From assembly GCA_040954595.2 (NCBI GenBank), contig CM082577.2, forward strand, positions 19,380,303 to 19,444,302: a stretch of DNA of 64,000 nt, given 5' to 3'. Below the pieces are notes generated by a model, which worked only from the letters and a program-made list of their open reading frames with translations, was not told where the DNA came from and did not search any database. This stretch comes from Balanoglossus misakiensis (Eukaryota > Animalia > Hemichordata). Shown piece by piece: positions 38,960 through 52,158 of the stretch (positions within the stretch are counted from its first letter, which is position 1; every line of letters begins with the position of its first letter). A program made the translations under genes and the position numbers.

Positions 38960-39310
38960 CCCGTAGGCATATTCCTATCAAATTTCAAAGCAATCCCATA
39001 TGCAGTTTCAGAGAAATCAAAAGTGGCAAAAACACAAATATGCAAATATCACCAAAATTGTACAACATCTTACTTCAATCACCACAAGGAACATGCCTAC
39101 CAAAGCTCAAAGCAATCTGACATGCAGTTTGAAAATAATTTTGGATGAAAAATTGCACAAATTTCCCCCAAAACACTAATATGCAAATTTCAACTATTTT
39201 TTAGAATATCTCACTTGAGTTACCCCTAGGGACATGCCGACCAAATTTCAAAGCAATCTGATGAGCGGTTTTTGAGAAAAAGATTCTTGACCAAGAATGG
39301 CAAAAATTGC
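38960..39310 (-). repeat. Fragment of the HINE family seen at 6461-7470
   Basis: aatatgcaaatatcaccaaaattgtacaa..ggaacatgcct is the reverse complement of ~7170-7245. Confidence 0.6.
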
Positions 39311-41091
39311 CTGGACCAGTTTGTGCCTGAAAAGTTCTCTAGTTACTATCACTGTTTGTTTTATTGTTCAAACAGACAGTTTAGTAAGGCTTCATGTTGT
39401 TGCGCTCTACCATATACATGTATTGTACATTATCATATGCCTATATTCACGTGCCCATGTAAAGTCTATGGAGAAAAGCGCCCTCACATCCGTGCAGTTT
39501 TTTTGCTTATCACGCCCCGGCCTGGTGACCATATTTGGAAGACGCATTCAATATCCGGATCTAGTTTTGTGTTTATTGCGCGAGATTCGAAAGTTGTCGT
39601 TGCTACGTTCGGAATTAAATTTTTCTGGTGCGGTGTCAGTGACTAGTGCACTTGCAGTGTGTGTATGTCCTATGTCGCTAACGAATCACATCCTCATCCA
39701 TAATCGCTGCATGTAGATCGAGCTTTATTTGGAAATATGAATAGTAAAATTGATGATTTGATCTGATTAATGTGTGACTGTCGGCGTCGATCGTCGCGAA
39801 GAAAAATAATGTTTTGCTCGCGCTCGGCTCTGTGAGTTCGAGCGCGTCTATATCTCACGTGCAATAGAATGTAAACTAATGACATCGTGCATATCAATCC
39901 GCAAGAACTGGAGAAATGGAGAAACTCTATGCTACGCGATTGATCATTTCAAAACGATAGATAAAAACGTAAGATTCACATTCCAAAATATGACAGAATG
40001 TGTATTTTATTAATTTCTTGTTGATTATTGTTCAATAAGGCATATGATAAAACCTTTACGGCCCTGATACGGGTTTTGCGGCCCTCGGTCGTACGGCGAT
40101 TTGCGCCCTCCCTGCGGTCGGGCGCTTCCGCCGTACGACCTCGGGCCGCAAAACCCATATCAGGGCCGTAAAGATTATTACTTCACAGTCAGCCCCTAGT
40201 ACTATAGTAATCACACTAACTTAGTCCTGAAACTGTCCAACTGTATGAAATAATTATTACTGTTTAATTTCTTGAAACACCCAACTGTATGATTTTACCG
40301 ATTTTACTATGCTTGCAAAGGAGATAGCAAAAATCCACAATTAAAAGAAATGGCAATACTTTTAATTTTACTGATCATACATAAAGGACCATGCTGAAAC
40401 GCGGGTACCCTATTTGCATATGTAAATAAAAATTTCTTTCAAATGAACAGCGCCCCCACATATTTTATTGTGACCGTGAGACATTTTTTCACGTCAAAGA
40501 AATAGCCAGAAATTACACGCACGGCGAGTTCTTTGTCTTAATTTTCCTTTTAGATGTAATCAAAACTACTTCCCTCTTTCTATTGAAACGTTTTTTTACA
40601 ATTACATATCCATTTTTTAATAATCATCAAAAACGATCTTCCAACCATCGTTTACATTGGCATATAAAACCATGGTCATTCCACCACAAAAAATTAGTTA
40701 GGGGAGTAACCACAAAACATGAAGATTCTCAGTGAAAGTTTTTTTGTTATGGTTGGAAGATATATGGTTTGGGAACACTGATATTGCTACCCATTCCCAT
40801 TGTTGTGTTGACAAACCAAAGACAACCCTTGCAATTGGCCTTAGCAAAACCACTGACTTGGGCTGACTCAATCAAATATTAAATAAATAATTTATTCTAA
40901 GTTTCTATCAGGATTGGAGACAATGTACTATATCTACATTGTATTACTTTTTAACAGTGACTGAATGTGAATGACACAGTTCCAACCTCAAAGCTGATTA
41001 GTCTAGTCATTGACAAACAGATACAATGTAGATTCACTTCAACTGTCAACATCAAACTGTGAGTTACACCCTAGACCCATTTTATACTTAC

Positions 41092-41424
41092 CCCTATATT
41101 ACATTCTGTACTGAGATGTCCTGCTGTGTCATTTTCTTTCACTACCTTGACACCACTCTCATCATCTGATCCCAAATTTTCTTTTTCTTCTGACATCTCT
41201 GCATTTCTTTTTAGAAAAGTTTGTCTTCTATTTCTGGTTTTCCCTTTTCCTTTGGTCTCTGATTCGTTTTGAGATTCACAGCTGTCTTCATCATTACTTT
41301 CCTGGAGTTCAACAGCTGTTTGCATTTTTGACCTGTCTTCATCAAATTCAGATTTAGATTCTGATTCCCTCTTTGGTCTCTGAAGTCCTTTGATTCCTTC
41401 AGCAGACTTTGTTGTAGGATCCAT
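41092..41424 (-). CDS. Candidate coding exon of an unidentified acidic/charged low-complexity protein
   Basis: 111 open codons rich in E/K/S/D, ending at a consensus G|GTAAGT donor (41091-41086). No family recognised. Confidence 0.35.
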
Positions 41425-44400
41425 TGTTTCTTGTGAAATAGGCCTATGGTGACAAGATAGAGTCAGTTTTTTGTCAAGCCGTCTCTCGCATTTTGTCTAA
41501 GAGTGCTAACAGCTTAAGGGTACATTTTACTAGGTTCCCATGTACTAAACACAGCAGTCAAGTCACAGAGAAGTACATTGTAGTAATGATACTTTCCAGC
41601 TTTAAAGGCTGACGATCGTCTTTATGCACATGTGCATAATTTCTTGTGTACAAATATTACGTCCAATCCAAATGTTATGTAAATTTTACATTCAACGCAT
41701 TCAAATAGTGAACTGTCTTCGCTTCCTTCTATATTTCACGCAAACCCTATATAAATTAGACTTCAGTTTTGTCCCATCTTTTCCCCAAATTTGCCCTTTT
41801 TTCCTGATCCATTCTCTAGCGAACTATGGTTGATGCCATCTTGTCTGCTGTTAGGACAGTACACTGCTGTAAGGCATTGACTGTATATATATTTTGTAAC
41901 CAGAATCTCTTGTTTGATACATGCACATCAGATGATCGTCACACATTAACAAAAACATTGCTTCTTGGAGAAATAAATTCACAGAAAAGTTTCATACATT
42001 TCACTCTGCTGTGTTCAAAAAACATATTTCAGAAATATTTGCATCGTCAAAGAAATGCTTTCTGATTTAACTGAGCCTGTTTGTGTTTCAACTGATGAAG
42101 TTCTTAATTGATTCAGACCAAAGGAAGTATCAAATGATGTAACTGAATAAACACATACTGTGATTCATTTGTTTCCCAAGCAACCATTCTCATCTTCTGC
42201 CACGTATATTCAACAAACATAGACTGTTGTAGTAGTCCGTCCATCCTTTGAAAATGTCTTTCTGTAAAAACCAAGGCATTGTAATTTTAGGATGCAAAAC
42301 TCTTTGTCAAAAACATAGCAGAAAGGACACTGTGGTCCCATTTGAGGATTACACGGAAATACGTATACACCAGAATAAAAGTGATGATGGGGACGGGATC
42401 ATTTGATGAAGTTATTAAATTAAAATAAACATGCACGTTATAATACTTTTAAACAGCTTTACTCAAACCCATGATCAGTAACAAATAAAACTTTGCAAGA
42501 TTCTCTTCCACCATTTAAGACAATCTCCAGTGCTCATAATTTGTATATATTTTTCTAGTAGCCCATTTACTCTTACCACTTTCTGTGATTGGTACCCAAG
42601 GAAATATGACTGGTAGACCTCATACTTTATAACATACAAAGACAAATATTAAATAAAACAAATCTATAACAGTTGGCTTCTACGGTGGCCCTAGTACATG
42701 CCAAACTTAATTTAATATTTTGACAGTTAAACTTTTTTTTATATACAATATCTTTTCCCAAAAAGCAAACTTTAATTTTGGTGGAGGCAACTGAAATTTT
42801 GTTGGACTAAACTTTTGATTTTGATAGTAAAACATTAACTTTACTTTGCACAACTCTTATTTTAGAGAACCAAAATTTATTTTTCAAAAGCAAATTTAAT
42901 TTTTCTCCAAGAATGATATGTTAATAAAGATTTTTTTCCCAAATAAACTTTAACAACTTCAGATAAAATTATTCATACTACATGGAATTTTTCAAAAAGA
43001 AATGTTGTTAAGAGAATTTTTTTTGTAAAATAACAAATTATTTTTCCCTGGTGATAATTTTTCCCTGGCGATAATATATTTTCAAGTTACACAACTTATA
43101 GGGGTGCTCTTTCTATTGGTACTGACAAACTTTTTTATGGGGGTGCAATTCAGGTTTCGGCATGCGAATTTCTTTAACATGCATGACAAAATATATTTTC
43201 AGAAAGCAAATTATATTATATCATGCTACCATCCGCCATTCTGATTTGACGAGAGCTCAATCCAGCGATGCTAAAATACTCATATATCACTGCTAAAACT
43301 GGCCCCTGAACCAGCATGCGGCAGCAAAATGTGCGGTTAAACCACAGTTGATAACATTAAAATACTGTTGAATTAACGGACGTTTTATTTTGGAACTGCT
43401 CTGTGGAAATATTTGTCACTTTGCCATGCGCGATGCCTGTCTTGTCACTTTTTATCACCTGCTTCATGTTTAATGCTCGGTCCCAGCCGCTCGTGTTTAC
43501 ATTCATCATCGCCATGTTGGTTCACGATCGTAATTTTCTCTTTCTGATGCTGTTTCATTAAGATATGCCACAAAATCAATTGTTGATATAATATAATAGC
43601 AATAACCTCCTCCTCAGTTGGGTATACACTCGATTTGGGTACATCCATATAGCACTCGCCTAACGGCTCGTGCTATATGTCTCGAATTGTACCCAAATCT
43701 CGTGTGTGGGGGTTATTGCATGCTTTATAAATACTTCTTTCTTCGTGGCAGAAATGAAGTTATCCCACAATTCCCATACATGAGGACGTTACAGGAGTAC
43801 ATAAATCCAACAAACAGATTAAAGCTACAAGCAGCATTGAAGGGGCCCAAGCATAGAGTTAATAACCATTAGACTCCATTCAGGGTTGTACCATTCAAAT
43901 GCGTAGGTATTTGCTCTCGATAATGAGATATGGGGAAGTAGGCAACCACCCGAAATGCATGCCCTACAAGTACAAACACAACAACCAAAGGTGAACTTCT
44001 ACGTTGTAAGTACTTCAGTAAGTACTTCAAAGGTCAGGTGAGGGTACCCAAAAATTGGGCCAAAAATTAGGATTCTTATTTGGTTCATATTCAAGACAAT
44101 GGAAAATACTCGCCCTTTGGGTTGGTCAAATTAGATATGGCCATAATAATGAGTTACGCAAGTAAGTTACAGGTGGCCCCAGGAATTTAGCATTTCATGG
44201 CGCAGAGGGTCCTACCCTACCCCTCCAAACACCTGGCTATATATGATGTGCATGCTAACATATGGAAAGCAGGTCAATGGACACCTGAGGTCACCCAAAA
44301 ATTTGACAAAAAAATTTCATTCCTGTTTATGTCATGTGCAACAAATCCTACATTTGCAGCCCTTTCACTTTGCCTACCATTAGGTATGCACGTAATACAT

Positions 44401-45426
44401 GAATCAAGCAGGTGTCACAGGTATCCCCCTGTATTTGGCATTTCATGATAGTTTCATCCCTCCAAATACCAAAGCTGCACCTGTACAACGTGCTGAGATA
44501 TGGCAAAAACCAACTGACACTTACATTCGTCCCTGTGGAACAAAAACCACACACATATCGCCCTGTTGGTTAGTGTCCAATTAAATGTACAAAATCAGTG
44601 ACTTAGGCAGGTGCAACAGGTGACCCCGCCTTTGGTATATCATTATGGTTCCATCCGTATATCCCCCCCCCCACCACGCCAAAGCTGCATGCATCTGCTA
44701 TTATTCACTAAGCAAAAGTAGGTGAAATGTCACATAAGGTCGCCCACAGCTTGACAGGAAAATCGGACTTCATATTGATCCATGTGCAACAAATACCACG
44801 CTAGCATCCCTTTCATTGACCCCACAATTACGCATGCACATAATTGAGTTACGCAGGTGTCACAGGTGACCCCCGAATCGGTTGTATTATTTTGGTCCCA
44901 TACAGCTGCATGAAGCTGCGTGCCATTACGGGGGACCTGATAACCCCCACGGCCACCTGCGGGCCGAACCCCATACTGAACGTCCAGTTGCAACGTCACG
45001 ACTGAAGTAGGAACTTTTGAACGGCAACTAAGCCTGATCTCTGATTATTGCTGGTACCATACTCCCTTCGTGCAAGAAAATCACTGGTCTGCTTACGTAT
45101 TTCGGCCTATATCCCGAACTACTATCCACTACATGTGACTACCTAAATGCTAATGAAACCTCCCACAACATTAGGGACTGAGGGTCAAAGTCCGCTGCCG
45201 CATTACATTGAATGTTAACCAGTGTAGCCGGGTCTGTGTAGACAAATTTGAACGGCAACAGCTAACAAACTCAGCGCAATTCAATAAAACGCCCTAACAC
45301 AGCCTGAACTCCGATAATGTGTTGTCCCAAAATTCATTCCGTGGAAAATAATCACTGGTCTGTTTACGTATTTCAGCCGATTTTCCAAGGACTATGGCAA
45401 GCCTCAGGGGTCTTAAGTATAGCAAT

Positions 45427-45963
45427 AGTAGTATTTAATGTTGAAGTAGTATGATTATATTTTGATTCGTTAATATATTATAAATAAATAGTAGTATTTA
45501 ATGTTGAAGTAGTACGATTATATTTTGATTCGTTAATATATTATAAATAAATAGTAGTATTTAATGTTGAAGTAGTACGATTATATTTTGATTCGTTAAT
45601 ATATTATAAATAAATAGTAGTATTTAATGTTGAAGTAGTACGATTATATTTTGATTCGTTAATATATTATAAATAAATAGTAGTATTTAATGTTGAAGTA
45701 GTACGATTATATTTTGATTCGTTAATATATTATAAATAAATAGTAGTATTTAATGTTGGAGTAGTACGATTATATTTTGATTCGTTAATATATTATAAAT
45801 AAATAGTAGTATTTAATGTTGAAGTAGTACGATTATATTTTGATTCGTTAATATATTATAAATAAATAGTAGTATTTAATGTTGAAGTAGTACGATTATA
45901 TTTTGATTTGTTAATATATTATAAATAAATAGTAGTATTTAATGTTGAAGTAGTACGATTATA
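45427..45963 (+). repeat. 63-bp AT-rich minisatellite, ~8.6 copies (left arm)
   Basis: Unit agtagtatttaatgttgaagtagtacgattatattttgattcgttaatatattataaataaat. Confidence 0.95.
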
Positions 45964-46083
45964 TGACACTTTGCAAGTATTATTATTATTTACTTGTTTA
46001 CTACCTCACTAGAGGGCGCACAATTTTATTGTCGGCCATTTTTTGTTTGTTTTGCGCGTCTCTGGCAGTCGCAGTCGAAAGAG

Positions 46084-46278
46084 ATGGATATCGAGGCAAT
46101 ATTGCACGAAATAAATTTGGCAACGTTGGTAGAGAGGTTCAAATATGAGCGGATTGAAGCTCCCACCGTTCTCTCCATGACGGAAGGGGAAATAAAGAGA
46201 TTGGGAGTTACAAGAGCAGGTGATCGAGTGCGACTCCGAGACCTTTGCAAGGAAGCAACTCAGCCGTCACCGGCCTAG
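46084..46278 (+). CDS. Short SAM-domain-like ORF (64 aa), left arm; probably a truncated accessory gene
   Basis: MDIEAILHEINLATLVERFKYERIEAPTVLSMTEGEIKRLGVTRAGDRVRLRDLC follows the SAM pattern LxxIxLxxYxxxFxxExI...LxxLG...GxRx+L. Confidence 0.65.
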   Translation: MDIEAILHEINLATLVERFKYERIEAPTVLSMTEGEIKRLGVTRAGDRVRLRDLCKEATQPSPA

Positions 46279-46450
46279 CTCTGCGTACAGGTCTGTGTGT
46301 TCCCGGCGTTACACAGCCTCCACCACAGCCCTGCAAGGCGCCATAGAAAAAACTGGTGCTTCTGCGGTCCGGATCCGGACTGCAGCTTTTTCGGCCGAAA
46401 TTCGATTTTATCGAAGCAAAATCCTTTCCCTGTCTACTTCTGCCCCCTAA

Positions 46451-47353
46451 GGGACCGTTCAGTTTTTACGGCCGACCCCCCTTCACCCAGGACCAAAAAA
46501 TGATGCCCCCCCCCCCTTGACAGACCCAAAAATATGATGACCCCCCCCCACGCCCAAAACATTCGCCGTCCTGATCCTATGTACACTGTATGCAATAAAG
46601 GGAATGAGGCTCCTCACACCTCAATTATAAATTTCTTAAAGTATTATTGAAGTATATAATAGTATATCATTGCAATAAAGAAATCTATGAACAAATTAAA
46701 ATGACAAGTCAATACAATAGTTGCAGGAATCGGTAAAACAAGAAAAGTGACGGGGGTCGGTGTGGGAGGGGGACAACCCCTCCCACATAAGAAAATTTTG
46801 TAAAATATGTAGCGTAAAGTTGCATTTTAATGAAGTCAAAAGCAAATTATCTCAATGTTTGGGAGGACCAATTTTACTTTTTGCCACTCCACTCAAAGTT
46901 AGAAGATTTGGCGTCATCTTCGCCATGACATCATTTAAAACTTCTAGTATATAGAAGATGCAGCGCGAAACTATCAGTTATGCAAAATGGTTTAAACAAT
47001 TATTCTCCTTTATGTATTCACTTTGTTAAATTTTATCATCGGTGGGTTTTGGGGTGGCAAGCAGTCTGCCCTGGTTCACTAGACAAACCAGCAAAAAATG
47101 ACATGTGGCGGATAATGAAGGGGGTGGGTGTGGGAGGGGGTATTTATTTGTAAAATAAAGGGTGCGAAACTGCAATTTTGTGGACTCAAAAGCAAAAGTT
47201 CGGTGGCGAAAGTATGTGACCTCCCCCCTAAACGTTTAAAAAAACCAGATGACCCCCCCCCCCCCTTGTGGACTTCAAAATTCAAGTGACCCCCCCCCCC
47301 CCCTTGGATTTTGCCGCCCCCCCCCCCCCCGGCCGTAAAAACTGAACGGTCCC
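46451..47353 (+). mobile_element. PIF/Harbinger (Tourist)-like MITE
   Basis: TIR gggaccgttcagtttttacggcc with 3-bp TSD TAA. It is absent from the mirrored right arm. Confidence 0.85.
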
Positions 47354-47977
47354 TAACCGACTCCAAATATGATGCGATTAACTTGTCATAACGTCCGAAC
47401 CACTCGCGTTTGATTCATTTTTGTGTGTTTACATGTTGAGATCGCCATATTAAATATAAAGCTTACAGCGAGTTTATCTCCATGGGTAAACAAAAAAGTT
47501 TTAGAAAGCGAGCGGTTCGGACGTTAGGACAAGCATGGACGTAAAAAGAGAAGGACTTAGGACTGTCCATTGAGCTATTGTTCAGGTGATGGTTGCCGCC
47601 GCTCCGTTATCTCCTAATACTCCGTAATACTTTAATCGGATTATACCCGTAATTTATTCAAGAGTGGGTTCGGGTACTATATTCGGTACTGTTCGGGTGT
47701 TTCCGTTGGAGTCAATTGATCATATAAACATCAGGCTGCATGGAACGCGCATGTGCGTGACCTTTGACTTTGAACCATCGAGGAGATTTGGCCCGTATGC
47801 ACCAAATCTACGCTGAAAAAAACATGAATTGCGTCTTTGGCCAAGCTGGTAGCTCTTGTCATGTAGTCCACAAATTACAACATACATTAAAGGTTTTATG
47901 CCGATCGAACAGATATTGTAGGCACCGTTTGGTTTACCGGCAATTCCACTCGAAGTCGACGATTGTGGACGCGATCA

Positions 47978-48410
47978 TTTAACGTGTAATCCTATGGCGA
48001 TAAAGTAACCGCACATCGCGAAAATTGGCAAAATCCGAACGTGGATAGCGAAAATGGCCATGTGCTTCTGCCTATAAGACGCACATTTTCTGAAAGTTTA
48101 TTGCTTCGTCTCCACTTTACTGCAAAAATTAGACGTAGGACCCTTGTACTTTTAACGTGAGAGTGATTTTAAAATGTCTTGTTTTTGAAAATGCTTTGAT
48201 GGTTTACGTGTAATCCTATGGCGATAGAGTAACCGCACTTCGCGAAAATTGGCAAAATCCGAACGTGGATAGTGAAAATGGCCATGTGCTCCTGCATATA
48301 AGACGCACATTTTCTGAAAGTTTATTGCTTCGTCTCCTCTTAAATGCAAAAATTAGACGTAGGACCCTTGAACTTTTAAAGTGAGAGTGATTTTAAAATG
48401 TCTTGTTTTT
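47978..48410 (+). repeat. ~224-bp tandem duplication in the core of the IS3EU-like element
   Basis: acgtgtaatcctatggcga.. occurs at ~47982 and ~48206. Confidence 0.85.
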
Positions 48411-48925
48411 TTAGCATGCTTATAAAGATCGGTTCGCCATTTGGTCAAATATGCGTCGATTTTTTCTGTTTTCACTTCTTTATGTCAGTTACATCGAGAC
48501 AAAAAAATGGTGATAATTTTACAGTAATTTACCACTTCTGTGTGACTTAAACAGCAAGTTTTCGTGAGTACTGCTGAGAGCACCCGAGGGGGTGTGTCAC
48601 TGCGTACGTTGACACCGGCAACGGTCACCCGACGTCAAAGGACAGCGTAGACAAAGCGAATACAATAGGTGTGAATGGGCTTAAGCGGCAGTCCTAAGTC
48701 CTTCTCTTTTTACGTCCATGGGACAAGTTAATCGCATCATATTTGGAGTCGGCTAGGGGGCAGAAGTAGACAGGGAAAGGATTTTGCTTCGATAAAATCG
48801 AATTTCGGCCGAAAAAGCTGCAGTCCGGATCCGGACCGCAGAAGCACCAGTTTTTTCTATGGCGCCTTGCAGGGCTGTGGTGGAGGCTGTGTAACGCCGG
48901 GAACAACACAGACCTGTACGCAGAG

Positions 48926-49120
48926 CTAGGCCGGTGACGGCTGAGTTGCTTCCTTGCAAAGGTCTCGGAGTCGCACTCGATCACCTGCTCTTGTAACTCC
49001 CAATCTCTTTATTTCCCCTTCCGTCATGGAGAGAACGGTGGGAGCTTCAATCCGCTCATATTTGAACCTCTCTACCAACGTTGCCAAATTTATTTCGTGC
49101 AATATTGCCTCGATATCCAT
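48926..49120 (-). CDS. Short SAM-domain-like ORF (64 aa), right arm
   Basis: Same translation as 46084-46278. Confidence 0.65.
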   Translation of the reverse strand: MDIEAILHEINLATLVERFKYERIEAPTVLSMTEGEIKRLGVTRAGDRVRLRDLCKEATQPSPA

Positions 49121-49240
49121 CTCTTTCGACTGCGACTGCCAGAGACGCGCAAAACAAACAGAAAATGGCCGACAATAAAATTGTGCGCCCTCTAGTGAGG
49201 TAGTAAACAAGTAAATAATAATAATACTTGCAAAGTGTCA

Positions 49241-50092
49241 TATAATCGTACTACTTCAACATTAAATACTACTATTTCTTTATAATATATTAACGAATCA
49301 AAATATAATCGTACTACTTCAACATTAAATACTACTATTTATTTATAATATATTAACGAATCAAAATATAATCGTACTACTTCAACATTAAATACTACTA
49401 TTTATTTATAATATATTAACGAATCAAAATATAATCGTACTACTTCAACATTAAATACTACTATTTATTTATAATATATTAACGAATCAAAATATAATCG
49501 TACTACTTCAACATTAAATACTACTATTTATTTATAATATATTAACGAATCAAAATATAATCGTACTACTTCAACATTAAATACTACTATTTATTTATAA
49601 TATATTAACGAATCAAAATATAATCGTACTACTTCAACATTAAATACTACTATTTATTTATAATATATTAACGAATCAAAATATAATCGTACTACTTCAA
49701 CATTAAATACTACTATTTATTTATAATATATTAACGAATCAAAATATAATCGTACTACTTCAACATTAAATACTACTATTTATTTATAATATATTAACGA
49801 ATCAAAATATAATCGTACTACTTCAACATTAAATACTACTATTTATTTATAATATATTAACGAATCAAAATATAATCGTACTACTTCAACATTAAATACT
49901 ACTATTTATTTATAATATATTAACGAATCAAAATATAATCGTACTACTTCAACATTAAATACTACTATTTATTTATAATATATTAACGAATCAAAATATA
50001 ATCGTACTACTTCAACATTAAATACTACTATTTATTTATAATATATTAACGAATCAAAATATAATCGTACTACTTCAACATTAAATACTACT
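49241..50092 (-). repeat. 63-bp minisatellite, ~13.6 copies (right arm)
   Basis: Reverse complement of the left-arm unit. Confidence 0.95.
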
Positions 50093-50827
50093 ATTGCTAT
50101 ACTTAAGACCCCTGAGGCTTGCCATAAAGGACTACTGCAACCCGCCTGATAATGAGATCTCCACAACATTACGTAATGATGGTCAAAGTCCGATGCCCCA
50201 GTGTTCGTCCTCAGCCCATCAAAAAATGCGAAAAATATTACAAAAATCTTCTTCTCAAAATCGACGTGGCCTAGGACCTTGAAATTTGGCACAGGGGATT
50301 TTGGCCACATGGTCTACAAAAATCGCGAAAAGAATGTACATGCCCCCATTAACGTGCAAATTAGATCAATTTGAAAATTTCGCTCGATCATAGCCACCAA
50401 GTCACGTGACTAATTACAAATTCAAAGGGCAGGTGCACTAATACTCATGGGCCCCAACCACCGTGCCAAGTTTCATAGGCGTAGAACCAGGGATTTTTGA
50501 GCAAAACGGGAGCAAAAAAACGACTCAAGAGGAAAGAAGAAAAACTCTAGCAATAACAGAAGGGGACCAAGCGTCTGAGGCACAGTTTCCGGCGTTATGC
50601 AGGTCTACACTTCTAGCTCCACGACTACAGTAAACCACAGTGCTGCTTTGTTCCTGTCCCTGTGTGGTTTGTGGAGTGACCGTGGTAAGATCAAAACTAA
50701 AGACCTCTCTCACATGCCGCATTCTCTTGATACCATCAAATCTGGTAGATCCTCCATTCACATTATATGGAACTTGGCATTTGTGTGTGTGTGTTGTGTG
50801 TGTGTGTGGGAGGGGAGATTGGGCTAA

Positions 50828-51504
50828 GGGACCGTTCAGTTTTTACGGCCTGAGGGGGGGGGGGGGGGGGAGGGTCGGCAAAATCCAGGGGGGGGGGTCA
50901 ATTAAATTGTGAAGTCCAAAAGGGGGGGGTCATCTGTTTTCTTTAAACGTTTAGTGGGGGGGGGGGTTACATACTTTTGACACATAACTTTTGCTTTTTG
51001 AGTCAACAAAATTGCAGTTTCGCGCCCTTTATTTTACAAAATTTTCTCATGTGAGAGGGGGACACCCCCTCCCACACCCACCCCCTCCATTCTTCGCCAC
51101 AATTCATTTATTGGCTGGTTTGTCTAGTGTACGAGGGCCGACTCCTCCCCAATATTGAGTTAATTTGCTTTTGAGTTCATTAAAATGCAACTTTGAGCAC
51201 CGTTTTTTACATCCCCTCCCACACCAACCCCCGCCACTTTTCTTGTTTTACCAATCCTACTAGCCTAGTCCTAGCCGTATTTTGTCTGCTTTGCTTCAAA
51301 AACTACCGCCTGCCAACTATTGTATTGACTTGTCATTTTAATTTATTCATAATTCATTCTTATTGCAACGATATACTATAATTATATACTTCAATTACTT
51401 TAAGAAATTTAGAATTGAGGTGTGGGAACCCTCATTCCCTATAATGCATACAGTGTACATAGGATCAGGACGGAGAATGTTTTCGGAGTGGGGGGGGGGG
51501 GGAT
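50828..51504 (-). mobile_element. Truncated copy of the Tourist-like MITE
   Basis: Starts taa|gggaccgttcagtttttacggcc and follows the reverse complement of 46550-47353. Confidence 0.75.
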
Positions 51505-52158
51505 CGTGGCGACAGAATCTCACCCTAAGACGGCCTTGCACAAATGTAATCGATTCTCTAACAATTTTACTGCGACTTTTTGTCACGTCTTTTACGTTTT
51601 GTTGGCCGGTGGAATATAGAGGTTCAGTCGTCACGCTGAACTGGCTCGAAACCATTCCCCACGCTGATTCGACTCTTGCGCCCGGGATATATGTCTGTGG
51701 TAGTTCCATAGTAACAGCCGCAAGGGGCCAGGTCATGTGATTGTGGGATGCCTATCGTTTGCTATAAGACGCCTTCTGATTGGTTTACTCACCCAGTAAA
51801 TCCCGTAGATTTCAACGGGAGCTCCAGTGAGAGTTGGTCAGATGTAGTGTGAGGCGACAGCATAAAAAAAACCAAGTCGCCATTCCCTACATCTGATTTT
51901 AATCAGATTGGGGTAGGGGGTACTATATTCTCTCCTTAATAAAATAAAACTAGCATGAAATTACATAAAACTTATGATTTTAGAAAGCTTAGACACTGCT
52001 CTTTATGGGAAGCACAAACTTTAATTTTTGTAAATTATTTTGTGAATATTTAATTAGATTATTTTTTATTTAATTTTTTTGGTAATTTTGAGAGTGATTT
52101 TCTTTTTTTGAAGCAAATTTTTGACAGCTTTTTAGGTTTGGATTATTTAATTCTATAA

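Larger units (their letters stand above)
45393..50126. mobile_element. IS3EU-like non-autonomous fold-back DNA transposon
   Basis: Ends TATGGCAAGCC / GGCTTGCCATA. 6-bp TSD AAGGAC at 45387-45392 and 50127-50132, with the empty site present in family B copy 1. Inverted arms run to ~47566 and ~48689. Confidence 0.85.
43818..50571 (-). mobile_element. Helentron-type family B, copy 2, interrupted by an IS3EU-like element
   Basis: 43818-45392 and 50127-50571 are the reverse complement of 25451-27454 plus the 17391 head. Confidence 0.85.

Noticed and set aside
45427-50092. 63-bp arrays as a CRISPR array or Polinton (AGTAGT) termini
   Set aside because: Units are identical with no unique spacers and there are no cas genes. 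The AGTAGT motif is internal, the true ends are TATGG, and no Polinton genes are present.
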